Below are positions 27,708 to 36,899 of a stretch of 56,241 nt of DNA, one piece after another. The translations under genes were made by a program, and so were the position numbers. Origin of the DNA: Bacteroidia bacterium (lineage in GTDB: Bacteria > Bacteroidota > Bacteroidia > B-17B0 > Aurantibacillaceae). The stretch lies in NCBI GenBank assembly GCA_018057345.1, contig JAGPDW010000001.1, positions 13,669 to 69,909 on the forward strand. The letters run 5' to 3'. The notes under the pieces were generated by a model that saw only the letters and a list, made by a program, of their open reading frames with translations, did not search any database and had not been told where the DNA came from. Each line of letters starts with the position of its first letter. Positions within the stretch are counted from its first letter, which is position 1.

Positions 27708-28730
27708 TTGAATTTAGTTACGGGTGCCACCGGTTTATTAGGAAGTCATGTTGTATTAAAATTATTACAGCAAGGGAAAACCGTAGTTGCTAGTAAACAA
27801 CATTCGAGCGACATTTCAAAGGTAAAACATTGTTTTTCGTACTATACAAAAGATGCCGAAGCGCTTTTTAATAAAATAAAATGGGTAGATCTTGACATCA
27901 CCGATATATATTCTATTGAAGAAGCATTAAAGGGTATAGAGCATGTATATCATTGCGCCGGTTTTGTTTCTTTTTTAGAGAAAGATTTTCCAAAATTAAC
28001 TTTGCTCAACGAAACAGGCACAGCCAATTTGGTAAATGCTTGCGTTGCAAAAAAAGTAAAGTCGTTTTGCCATGCCAGTTCATTGTCTACAATTAATAAT
28101 GCTGATTACGAAGGTGAATTGAGCGAAAAGATCTTTTGGAAAACATCAGGCAAAGAAAGTTCGTACGCTATAAGTAAATATAATGCCGAGCGCGAAGTTT
28201 GGCGAGGCATTGAAGAAGGATTGAACGCAGTGATCGTTAATCCCGGTTTTATTTTAGCCCCAGGTTTTTGGAAACAAAGCAGTGGAAAGCTATTTGCCTT
28301 TTGTAAAAAAGGAAATATGTTCTACACTGATGGAAGTACAGCGTATGTAGAGGTAAATGATGTGGTGGAAGTGATGGTACGATTAATGGATAAGCAGATC
28401 TTCAACGAGCGCTTTATTTTGATTGAGAATTCGTACACATTCAAGAGTGTTTTTACGCAAATTCAAAAAAAATTTGGCAAAAAAGCGCCGTATATTAAAA
28501 GCGGAATTTATCTCTTACAATTAGGTAGAATTGCCGATGCAATTTTGAGCAGAATTACCGGCAAAGATCGTGTACTTACTTCAAATACAATTCGAACAGC
28601 CATTGGACACAAAAAATACTCTAATTCAAAGGTAAAAAGTGCCCTTTCTTTCTCATTTAAACCCATTAATGAGGTATTAAATAGCATCTGCGACCACTAC
28701 GAAAACGACCTCAGATCTGGCAAAATCTAA
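27708..28730 (+). CDS. NAD-dependent epimerase/dehydratase (extended SDR)
   Basis: TGATGLLG, YHCAG, YAISK catalytic motif. Confidence 0.9.
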   Translation: MNLVTGATGLLGSHVVLKLLQQGKTVVASKQHSSDISKVKHCFSYYTKDAEALFNKIKWVDLDITDIYSIEEALKGIEHVYHCAGFVSFLEKDFPKLTLLNETGTANLVNACVAKKVKSFCHASSLSTINNADYEGELSEKIFWKTSGKESSYAISKYNAEREVWRGIEEGLNAVIVNPGFILAPGFWKQSSGKLFAFCKKGNMFYTDGSTAYVEVNDVVEVMVRLMDKQIFNERFILIENSYTFKSVFTQIQKKFGKKAPYIKSGIYLLQLGRIADAILSRITGKDRVLTSNTIRTAIGHKKYSNSKVKSALSFSFKPINEVLNSICDHYENDLRSGKI

Positions 28731-28821
28731 ATTATTTTAGATAAAAGAGGGTTTTAATCAACAAATTCTTTGTATTTATAAGTTATTTACATACCTTGGT
28801 CTACTATAAGACGCGAGATAT

Positions 28822-29439
28822 ATGCACATTGCAGTTGCCGGTAACATTGGCTCAGGAAAAACAACACTAACTTCTCTCTTAGCAAAGCACTACAAATGGC
28901 ATGCTCACTACGAAGATGCAGATGACAACCCCTATTTGAATGACTTCTATGAAGATATGCAGCGTTGGTCGTTCAATTTGCAGATCTATTTCTTAAACAA
29001 TCGCTTCAATCAAATACTAGATATTAGGAAGGGAAAACACACGGTAATTCAGGACAGGACCATATATGAGGATGCATATATTTTTGCTCCCAACTTACAT
29101 GCCATGGGTTTGATGACCACTAGGGATTACGACAATTATTTCTCTCTTTTTAAATTAATGGAAAGCCTTATCAAATCACCGGATCTTATTATTTATTTAA
29201 GAGCTTCAGTGCCTACTTTGGTAAAGCAGATTCAAAAAAGAGGAAGAGAATACGAGAACAGTATTAGACTAGATTATTTAAAACGATTAAACGAGCGTTA
29301 TGAAGCTTGGGCAACATCTTACGAGTCAGGGAAGCTATTAATAGTAGATGTAGATGACATTAACTTCAGTGAGAACAAGGAGGACCTGGGTAAAGTAATT
29401 CGATTGATCGACAGTAAACAAAACGGTTTATTCAAGTAA
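28822..29439 (+). CDS. Deoxynucleoside kinase
   Basis: GNIGSGKTT P-loop, DRTIYED, RGREYE. Confidence 0.93.
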   Translation: MHIAVAGNIGSGKTTLTSLLAKHYKWHAHYEDADDNPYLNDFYEDMQRWSFNLQIYFLNNRFNQILDIRKGKHTVIQDRTIYEDAYIFAPNLHAMGLMTTRDYDNYFSLFKLMESLIKSPDLIIYLRASVPTLVKQIQKRGREYENSIRLDYLKRLNERYEAWATSYESGKLLIVDVDDINFSENKEDLGKVIRLIDSKQNGLFK

Positions 29440-29441
29440 AA

Positions 29442-30020
29442 TTGAGCGCTATATTAAATAAAGAAGCTGAGTTTTTTGATGTCCATTTTACGGAATCCAT
29501 CAAAACTATTACTGCTGCTAATTGCGAACTGATCATCGCCTATGATGGTGTTTTGAATACCGAGACCATTAGTAAATTAGAAATAGAGATAGAACAAAAG
29601 ATCATTGACCTCGCAGTTCCAAAAGCAGCTCTTAAAAAAATATTCTTTATTTGTGTTGAGTCATTACAAAATATGCTTATTCATGGGCATAAAGATCTAA
29701 ATGGTTCTCAACATAATTATTTTTTGGTTTACAAAAGGGCAAATCAGATCATCATTCTTACCGCAAATTTAATTAGCAATCTTGCTATTCCTAAAGTGGA
29801 TGGCGATCTAAAAACGATCAATTCATTTGAAGATCCTGCAGAATTGAAATCGTATTATATCAATCACCTCGAGAAAAATGAATTAAGCGAAAAAGGTGGT
29901 GCAGGTTTAGGGTTTATTACCATTGCCATGAAGAGTGGGAACAAACTTAACTTTGCTTTTGATAGAATTAGCGAGCTTCACTCTTTATTTAAATTAGAAG
30001 CTGCAGTAAATGTTGAATGA
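29442..30020 (+). CDS. SiaB-family (DUF6272-like) GHKL protein kinase
   Basis: AYDG..., KKIFFICVESLQNMLIH (N-box-like), TANLI, SEKGGAGLGFITIAMKSG (G-box-like). TTG start. Confidence 0.8.
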   Translation: MSAILNKEAEFFDVHFTESIKTITAANCELIIAYDGVLNTETISKLEIEIEQKIIDLAVPKAALKKIFFICVESLQNMLIHGHKDLNGSQHNYFLVYKRANQIIILTANLISNLAIPKVDGDLKTINSFEDPAELKSYYINHLEKNELSEKGGAGLGFITIAMKSGNKLNFAFDRISELHSLFKLEAAVNVE

Positions 30021-31191
30021 TCGCCTCGATCCAATGCATTTAAATAAGTCTGTATTATTTCTCCCATCCTGGTACCCTAACCAACAAGATCCTACACACG
30101 GAATTTTTATTCAAAACCATGCTAAAGCTTTAGCCCGCTTTACAAAAGTTGTAGTTGTGTATGCATATAGTATAAAGGGAACTGCTGTAAACGAGGTCAC
30201 CATAAATGAAGATGGAAATTTAACTGAGGTCCGCTTCGCCTATCCAAAAACAACTATCACTATTCCCTTTGCAAAACATTATTCGCAGTTCACTAACTAT
30301 GTAAATGCGTACAAAAAATTATTGCAGTATTTAATTGATCATAATGTTAGTGTTTCGGCCATCCAAGTAAATGTGGCGTTCCCGGCCTCCATTGTTTTAA
30401 ACCTATTCAAAGATCATTTTAAAGTGAAGCATACACTTGTTGAACATTGGAGCGGCTATTTGCACGAAGACGGAAATTACAAGGGCGCAATTTTAAAACG
30501 CTATACAAAATACTGCTTTAAAAATGTTTCGAAAGTTTGGTATGTTTCCGAAAGGCAAAAACAGGCGCTTATTGAGCATGATCTTAAAGGAGAATTTGAA
30601 TTACTTTATAATGCGGTTGACACTTCTGTTTTCAAAATAGATAGAAAAGAAAGAAAGAAGAAAACTACATTTCTTCATGTATCGTCGTTGGTTGAACGCG
30701 AGAAAAATTTGAAAGGGACATTTGAAGCGCTCAAACTTCTACAAGATAAAGCTCTGGAATTTGAATTGATCATAATTGGCGGAAATGCTGAAAGTACTGC
30801 GGAAACAAAAATTCTTCAAGACACTATTGGTGTGCAACACATAACTTATTTAGGCTATCAAACCAAAGAGAATATCAGTTCCTTTATGAATTCATGTGAT
30901 GCACTTTTATTATTTAGTCATTTTGAGGGAATGCCTGTTGTAGCGCTGGAAGCGTTAGCCTGTGGATTGCCTGTATTTGCGTCGCAAGTTGGGCAATTAC
31001 CACATTTAATTACAGATGAATTTGGAAGATTATCGCCGGTAAATGATGTACAACATTTCGCCGGACACTTGGAAAATTTCATGAATAAGAACCACAACTT
31101 TAATTCAGAAAAAATGTCGCAATTCATTTCTGAACATGCTTCATTTGATGCTGTGGGGAAACAGATGTGGGACTTTTATGATTTACAATGA
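30010..31191 (+). CDS. Glycosyltransferase family 4
   Basis: LPSWYP...GIF, EHWS, SHFEGMPVVALEALACGLPV. The start may be at 30034. Confidence 0.9.
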   Translation: MLNDRLDPMHLNKSVLFLPSWYPNQQDPTHGIFIQNHAKALARFTKVVVVYAYSIKGTAVNEVTINEDGNLTEVRFAYPKTTITIPFAKHYSQFTNYVNAYKKLLQYLIDHNVSVSAIQVNVAFPASIVLNLFKDHFKVKHTLVEHWSGYLHEDGNYKGAILKRYTKYCFKNVSKVWYVSERQKQALIEHDLKGEFELLYNAVDTSVFKIDRKERKKKTTFLHVSSLVEREKNLKGTFEALKLLQDKALEFELIIIGGNAESTAETKILQDTIGVQHITYLGYQTKENISSFMNSCDALLLFSHFEGMPVVALEALACGLPVFASQVGQLPHLITDEFGRLSPVNDVQHFAGHLENFMNKNHNFNSEKMSQFISEHASFDAVGKQMWDFYDLQ

Positions 31192-31203
31192 TTCCTTCAT
31201 CAG

Positions 31204-31311
31204 TTCTCGATACAATTTTTGCAAGAGGCAGGCAAAAATCACTCGAACTGACAAGGCTTGTCATTTCGAGTGAAAAAAATGCGCCTCTTTTCATTTTTTT
31301 TGTATCGAGAA
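31204..31311. repeat. REP-like long inverted repeat (two inverted ~50-bp units) between convergent genes
   Basis: TTCTCGATACA...AAGAGGC...CACTCGAACTGACA-aggct-TGTCATTTCGAGTG...GCCTCTT...TGTATCGAGAA. Confidence 0.8.
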
Positions 31312-31323
31312 ATGACTTGAGGT

Positions 31324-32097
31324 CTATACTGCAATCAAATTCGTTAACTCCACAAATTGCTCCACGCTTAATTGCTCCGGACGTTTATCAAATAAATAAT
31401 TTGAAGTATCAGCACCAGGCTTCAACATCGACTTTACCGAATTGCGAATAGTTTTACGTCGTTGATTAAATGCCGTTTTTACTACAGTTTTAAAGAGCAC
31501 TTCATCGCAATTTAAATTCTTAACCACATTGCGTTTTAATCTTATAACGGCGCTTTTTACCTTGGGCGGAGGAGAAAATACATTTTCGTGAACAGTAAAT
31601 AAATATTCTATCTCGTAAAATGCTTGAAGTAGAACACTTAAAATTCCGTACACTTTTGAGCCCGGTTTTTCGGCCAAACGCTCGGCAACTTCTTTTTGAA
31701 ACATGCCAACTACTACATCCACTTCGTCTTTATGATCCAAAACTTTGAACATAATTTGGCTAGAAATATTATAAGGAAAATTACCGATGACGTTGAATTT
31801 TTTACTGCCAACGATTTTCTCGAGATCTGCTTTTAAAAAATCTGCCTCAATTATTTTCTCTGCGAACTGCGGATACTTCTCCTTTAAAAAAGGGATAGAA
31901 TCTCTATCTACATCTAAAGCATAGAAATCAGGTCGCTCAATTAAATGCTTGGTAAGCACGCCCGTTCCCGGACCAACTTCTATCAAAGCATTTTGCGAAT
32001 TTTGATCGAGCATAGCATCCACAATATTTCGCGCAATGGTTTCATCAACCAAAAAATGTTGTCCTAAATGTTTTTTTGCTCTAATGGGCTGTGTCAT
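31324..32097 (-). CDS. rsmA: 16S rRNA m6,2A dimethyltransferase
   Basis: AKKHLGQHFL, EVGPGTGVLT, GNFPYNIS, FSPPPKVKS, FNQRRK. Confidence 0.97.
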   Translation of the reverse strand: MTQPIRAKKHLGQHFLVDETIARNIVDAMLDQNSQNALIEVGPGTGVLTKHLIERPDFYALDVDRDSIPFLKEKYPQFAEKIIEADFLKADLEKIVGSKKFNVIGNFPYNISSQIMFKVLDHKDEVDVVVGMFQKEVAERLAEKPGSKVYGILSVLLQAFYEIEYLFTVHENVFSPPPKVKSAVIRLKRNVVKNLNCDEVLFKTVVKTAFNQRRKTIRNSVKSMLKPGADTSNYLFDKRPEQLSVEQFVELTNLIAV

Positions 32098-32399
32098 TAA
32101 TCGATCACCTGAAGTAAAGTTCGGAAAGCAGTATACTTATCCTTGAATTTTTTTGTATGATCGGCCTGTAAAGTAGGCGCGTGCTCCTTTTGATAGCGTT
32201 CAATATCCACCATTTCGAGGAATTTATATTGCACGGAATACGTGTGCCCTTCATCCTCCACATAAAGAACTTTCACCATCTGGTTATCCAAAAAACAACC
32301 GGATTTCATTACTTCAGGGATGTGAATTTCCTTCATCCAACTCACCCATTCGTCATGAACATCATCGGTAATATTTACGGTTACATTGTAAATGAACAT
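32097..32399 (-). CDS. DUF4286-like protein
   Basis: MFIYNVT...W..WMKEIHIPEV...TYSVQY...AFRTLL. Start moved to 32399 because a -7 box lies just upstream. Confidence 0.8.
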   Translation of the reverse strand: MFIYNVTVNITDDVHDEWVSWMKEIHIPEVMKSGCFLDNQMVKVLYVEDEGHTYSVQYKFLEMVDIERYQKEHAPTLQADHTKKFKDKYTAFRTLLQVID

Positions 32400-32403
32400 A
32401 GTG

Positions 32404-32411
32404 CAAAAGTA
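32404..32411 (-). promoter_or_regulatory. -7 element TACTTTTG, 4 nt upstream of ATG (leaderless or near-leaderless DUF4286-rsmA transcript)
   Basis: Exact TAnnTTTG match. Confidence 0.6.
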
Positions 32412-32504
32412 CAATAATTTCCCTGATAAATTAGCCTAAAATTTACCGGATTATTTGTATTTTTATAAGGTAAAACCTTGATGATACTTGGTTTAAGGAA
32501 TCTT

Positions 32505-33785
32505 ATGAAAACAAATTTTGTTGAAGAATTAAAATGGCGAGGAATGTTGCAGGATATCATGCCCGGTACAGAAGAATTATTGACCAAAGAAATGGTGTTT
32601 GGTTATATTGGTTTTGATCCTACTTCCGATTCGCTTGGAATTGGCAACATGGTTCAGATCATGACACTGTTGCATTTTCAAAAAGCGGGACACAAACCTA
32701 TTGCTTTAGTTGGTGGTGCTACCGGAATGGTTGGCGATCCTTCTGGAAAATCGGCTGAACGTAATTTATTGGATGAAGCAACTTTGAATCATAATATTGC
32801 TTGTCAGAAAAAACAACTAGAGAAATTTTTGGATTTTAACGCGGGTGTAAATTCTGCGGAGATCGTAAATAATTATGATTGGTTCAAGAATTTCAACTTT
32901 TTGGAATTTATAAGAGATGTGGGGAAACATATTTCTGTAAATTATATGTTGGCAAAAGATTCTGTAAAAAATCGCTTAGAGAACGGAATGAGTTTTACAG
33001 AGTTCAGTTATCAATTGGTACAAGGTTACGATTTTTATTACCTCTGGAAGAACAAAGGAATTAAATTACAAATGGGTGGTTCTGATCAGTGGGGAAATAT
33101 TGTTACGGGAACAGAATTGATAAGAAGAAAAGCGAGCGGAGAAGCATTTGCTTTAACTACTCCTCTTATTAAAAAAGCCGATGGAACAAAGTTTGGAAAA
33201 ACTGAAGGTGGAAATGTTTGGTTAGACAGAAACAAAACATCGCCTTATAAGTTCTACCAGTTTTGGTTGAACTCCAGTGATGAGGATGTAAAAAATTATA
33301 TTCGAATTTTCACTTTGTTAACTAAAGAGGAAATTGAAAAATTAGAAGCCGAACATGCAACAGCGCCTCATTTACGCGCTTTGCAAAAAGCATTAGCAAA
33401 AGATATTACCATTCGTGTGCATTCGGAAAGCGACTACAATGCCGCCGTAGAAGCCTCACAAATATTGTTTAACGGAACTATAGAGGATCTTGCAAAATTA
33501 TCAGAAGAATTGTTCTTAGATATTTTTGATGGCGTTCCATCATTTGATATTTCTTCCTCAGAATTAAATAATGGAATTAGCTTGATCGATCTTTTAGCAG
33601 AGAAAACCACTATTTTCCCAAGCAAAGGCGAAGCGCGTAAAATGCTACAGGCTGGTGGCGTAAGTTTAAACAAGAACAAAGTAGAAGACATACAAATGGT
33701 AGTCAACTTAAATAATACTATCAATAAAAAATATATGTTGATACAAAAAGGAAAGAAGAATTACTTTTTGTGCAAGTTGAAATAA
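32505..33785 (+). CDS. tyrS: Tyrosine--tRNA ligase
   Basis: [36 protein letters not shown]-terminal S4-like domain. Likely start MKTNF. Confidence 0.97.
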   Translation: MKTNFVEELKWRGMLQDIMPGTEELLTKEMVFGYIGFDPTSDSLGIGNMVQIMTLLHFQKAGHKPIALVGGATGMVGDPSGKSAERNLLDEATLNHNIACQKKQLEKFLDFNAGVNSAEIVNNYDWFKNFNFLEFIRDVGKHISVNYMLAKDSVKNRLENGMSFTEFSYQLVQGYDFYYLWKNKGIKLQMGGSDQWGNIVTGTELIRRKASGEAFALTTPLIKKADGTKFGKTEGGNVWLDRNKTSPYKFYQFWLNSSDEDVKNYIRIFTLLTKEEIEKLEAEHATAPHLRALQKALAKDITIRVHSESDYNAAVEASQILFNGTIEDLAKLSEELFLDIFDGVPSFDISSSELNNGISLIDLLAEKTTIFPSKGEARKMLQAGGVSLNKNKVEDIQMVVNLNNTINKKYMLIQKGKKNYFLCKLK

Positions 33786-33786
33786 C

Positions 33787-35277
33787 ATGGCTTTAAAGCA
33801 ATCGCAATATTTAAAACTTCAGCAAAAATTATTGCCTCAGCAAATTCAGCTGATGAAGTTATTGCAATTGCCTACCATGGCTCTTGAAGAACGTATCAAG
33901 GAGGAATTAGAATTAAATCCCGCTTTAGAAGAAAACGACGAAAATTTTAACGAAGACGATATTGCTAACAACGAGGATAGTGACAGTGATACAGATATTG
34001 AGTTAGATGATAATGGTGATATAAAAGAAAAAGAAATAGAACGTATTGATGATGAAGTTGGCATTGAAGATTACATGGGCGATGATGAGCTTGATTCATA
34101 CAAATACGAAATAAGTAATAAAGGGGCCGATGATGAGACGCGAGAATTTGTGGTGGTGGAAGGTCCTGACTTTCACAACTTACTAGAGCAACAATTAGGT
34201 TTACGCGAACTCAATGAAACAGAATATACCATTGGCGTTTACATTATTGGCTGCATTGATGAAGATGGATATTTGCGCCGAGAAATAGACATGATCGTTG
34301 ATGATCTTGCTTTTAATTACAATATCACATCTAACATTCAAGAGATCGAAAAGGTTTTAAAGACCATTCAAAGTTTTGATCCGCCCGGTGTTGGCGCGCG
34401 AACTATTCAAGAGTGTTTACTGATACAATTAAATAGAAAAGTTGAGCAAACTAAAGATGTATTGCAGGCCATTGAGATCGTAAAAGATCACATGGAGGAA
34501 TTCAGTAAAAAACATTACGAGAAGATCCTAAAAAAAATGAACATTAGCAGCGAGGAATTGAAAGAAGTGATAGACGTGATCACACATTTGAATCCAAAGC
34601 CGGGTGATACAGATATCAAATCTAATTCGCACAGCGAGATAGTTCCAGATTTTCTTGTAAGCGTTGCTGATGGAAAGCCGGAGTTCTCTATTAACTCGCG
34701 TAATATGCCCGACCTGAAGATCAGCAAAGAGTATTTAGAGATGTTGAAAGAATATTCGCGGCAAAAAAATAAAGATGGCAAAGAAGCCACCACATTTATT
34801 AAAAGTAAGATTGAAAGCGCACAATGGTTCATTGATGCTTTGAATCAAAGGCATTTAACTTTAATGTTATGCATGCAGGCTATATTGGAATTTCAGGAAG
34901 AATACTTTATTACGGGCGATGAGGGTAAATTAAAACCTATGATCTTAAAAGACATTGCCACCAAGGTAGAAATGGACATTTCTACAGTTTCTCGAATGGC
35001 CAATAGCAAATACGCACAAACACCCTATGGTACCTTTTTGCTAAAAACATTCTTTAGCGAGAGTATGAGTACTGACAGTGGTGAAGAAGTAAGCTCTCGT
35101 GAAATTAAAAAGATATTAAAAGATTGTGTTGATGCTGAAGACAAACATAAGCCATTAACTGATGATGCGTTGTGTGAGATCTTAAAAGAAAAAGGCTATA
35201 ATATTGCGCGACGCACAGTTGCTAAATACCGCGAGCAATTGGATATTCCTGTGGCGAGAATGAGGAGAGAAGTTTAG
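33787..35277 (+). CDS. rpoN: RNA polymerase sigma-54 factor
   Basis: Q/L-rich region I, NPALEE, DPPGVGAR, ISTVSR, RpoN box ARRTVAKYRE. Confidence 0.97.
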   Translation: MALKQSQYLKLQQKLLPQQIQLMKLLQLPTMALEERIKEELELNPALEENDENFNEDDIANNEDSDSDTDIELDDNGDIKEKEIERIDDEVGIEDYMGDDELDSYKYEISNKGADDETREFVVVEGPDFHNLLEQQLGLRELNETEYTIGVYIIGCIDEDGYLRREIDMIVDDLAFNYNITSNIQEIEKVLKTIQSFDPPGVGARTIQECLLIQLNRKVEQTKDVLQAIEIVKDHMEEFSKKHYEKILKKMNISSEELKEVIDVITHLNPKPGDTDIKSNSHSEIVPDFLVSVADGKPEFSINSRNMPDLKISKEYLEMLKEYSRQKNKDGKEATTFIKSKIESAQWFIDALNQRHLTLMLCMQAILEFQEEYFITGDEGKLKPMILKDIATKVEMDISTVSRMANSKYAQTPYGTFLLKTFFSESMSTDSGEEVSSREIKKILKDCVDAEDKHKPLTDDALCEILKEKGYNIARRTVAKYREQLDIPVARMRREV

Positions 35278-35327
35278 TGCTCAATGAGGGCTTTTTCTAA
35301 TACAAAACACAAATTAAACCTACCCTA

Positions 35328-36899
35328 TTACTCTCTTTGTTTTAGTTTATAAACCGAACATAAGCCATTTTCGGCCGTTACTACTTTTTGATAATATCCG
35401 GAAAGTATGGAATCGAAATGAGGGAAGGCAGAAATTCGGCCTCGATCTCCGTAAATGAAAACATAATCTATAGGTTTTGAAATGCCTTGTTTATTTATAC
35501 AATTATAAATACCCTCAACCGTTTCGCAATTGCCAAGCAAATACTTTGGCATAGTTGAAACCCTCCATTTTAAAGGAAACCACCCTACTGTAGCTTCATA
35601 ATTATCTAAAATGATCAACGGTTTATCTGCACCAATATAATGAGCAAAATGCCTTTCAAGCCAATTCCCACTAAAATCCAATGGGAGAACACTTGAGTTA
35701 GGCTCTATAAGAATAGAAGCCTTCTCAACTAATTTTAAACTCCTATTCATTTCATTGAGTAAATGTATATGCATCTTGTCTCTTTCAAAAAAGACGGCAA
35801 CAATGATACACCCTACCATCAGGAATTTAACTAACCTAGTGTCTTGAAGCAATAACCAAAGGATCAAGAATAAAAATACAAAATATAAAAACCTAGGCGA
35901 CATCATTCCTACAGAATACATGTTCGGAATTATTAGATACAATGCAACTACCGAAAGCAACATCATCAATAATACATCACCTTGCTCAAAACCTTTCTTT
36001 CTTTCCTTGATTCGCCAAAACAATGTATAAGCTATCAGAATAATAAGGCAATATGAGATCCATTTTACAAATTGAAACTCACGCTCAACGTGATAAACAA
36101 TAAAAGGTTTTAAATATGGCAACTCCGAAATATACTCACCAATGTTATTGGAGAAAAGAGGAGGATTTTGAAAGTCGACCTTCGATTGAAACAGAAAGAT
36201 CATACTTAAAAATGGAATAAATACCATAAGTATCTTAAGCTCTTGGATCATGAACACTTTTAAGGTCTCATTCTTATTTTTCAAGTAAAGATAAAATTTA
36301 TTGGATTCTTTAAACGCCACAAATAAAAAGAAAACCAATAAACTTAATGCATTTGAATAAAATAAAAATGCCGATAATACAAACAGCATAGCATAAGTTG
36401 AGATAAGTCGCGAACCGTTTGATGAAAACTGATTTTGAAAATATCCTAACGCTATAACAAGAAATATAACAGAGAATGAAAAATTATAAAATCCGATATT
36501 CCACAAAAATGCATTAAAGAACAAAACAGCAATCAAACTCATAAAATACGCATGTTTTACCTGATACGACCTCAAAAAGTAAAGGAATCCCACAAAAAAA
36601 GACATGCAATGAATAAACTGAAAAACGATCATAGCCCAAGTGCTTTTAAAAAAAAGCATGAGGAATGATAAGAGAAATTGAGAAAAGACATTAGGGATAT
36701 AAAAGGTGTTGAGTTCGAAATTTTGCTTTACAGTTTCATTGCCTAAAAAATACTGTTTGAGCAAATTGGCGTTATTCCAGTGAGAAGGGCCGTCGATAGA
36801 AGGAAATACGCCATTCCCAATTGCATAGTATAAAGATATACCGAGAAAACTCAATAAGGTAAGCGCCAACTTGCCATGACTATTAAAAAAGTTTCTCAT
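35328..36899 (-). CDS. Polytopic membrane protein, GT-C-fold glycosyltransferase-like
   Basis: About 11 TM segments, first-loop DGPSH motif, GFYNF, RF near last TMs, soluble C-terminal domain. Confidence 0.55.
   Translation of the reverse strand: MRNFFNSHGKLALTLLSFLGISLYYAIGNGVFPSIDGPSHWNNANLLKQYFLGNETVKQNFELNTFYIPNVFSQFLLSFLMLFFKSTWAMIVFQFIHCMSFFVGFLYFLRSYQVKHAYFMSLIAVLFFNAFLWNIGFYNFSFSVIFLVIALGYFQNQFSSNGSRLISTYAMLFVLSAFLFYSNALSLLVFFLFVAFKESNKFYLYLKNKNETLKVFMIQELKILMVFIPFLSMIFLFQSKVDFQNPPLFSNNIGEYISELPYLKPFIVYHVEREFQFVKWISYCLIILIAYTLFWRIKERKKGFEQGDVLLMMLLSVVALYLIIPNMYSVGMMSPRFLYFVFLFLILWLLLQDTRLVKFLMVGCIIVAVFFERDKMHIHLLNEMNRSLKLVEKASILIEPNSSVLPLDFSGNWLERHFAHYIGADKPLIILDNYEATVGWFPLKWRVSTMPKYLLGNCETVEGIYNCINKQGISKPIDYVFIYGDRGRISAFPHFDSILSGYYQKVVTAENGLCSVYKLKQRE

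Noticed and set aside
31188-31451. 87-aa ORF
   Set aside because: Runs through the inverted repeat and antisense into rsmA; no protein features.
32415-32504. T-box leader for tyrS
   Set aside because: The spacer is too short and has no T-box motif.
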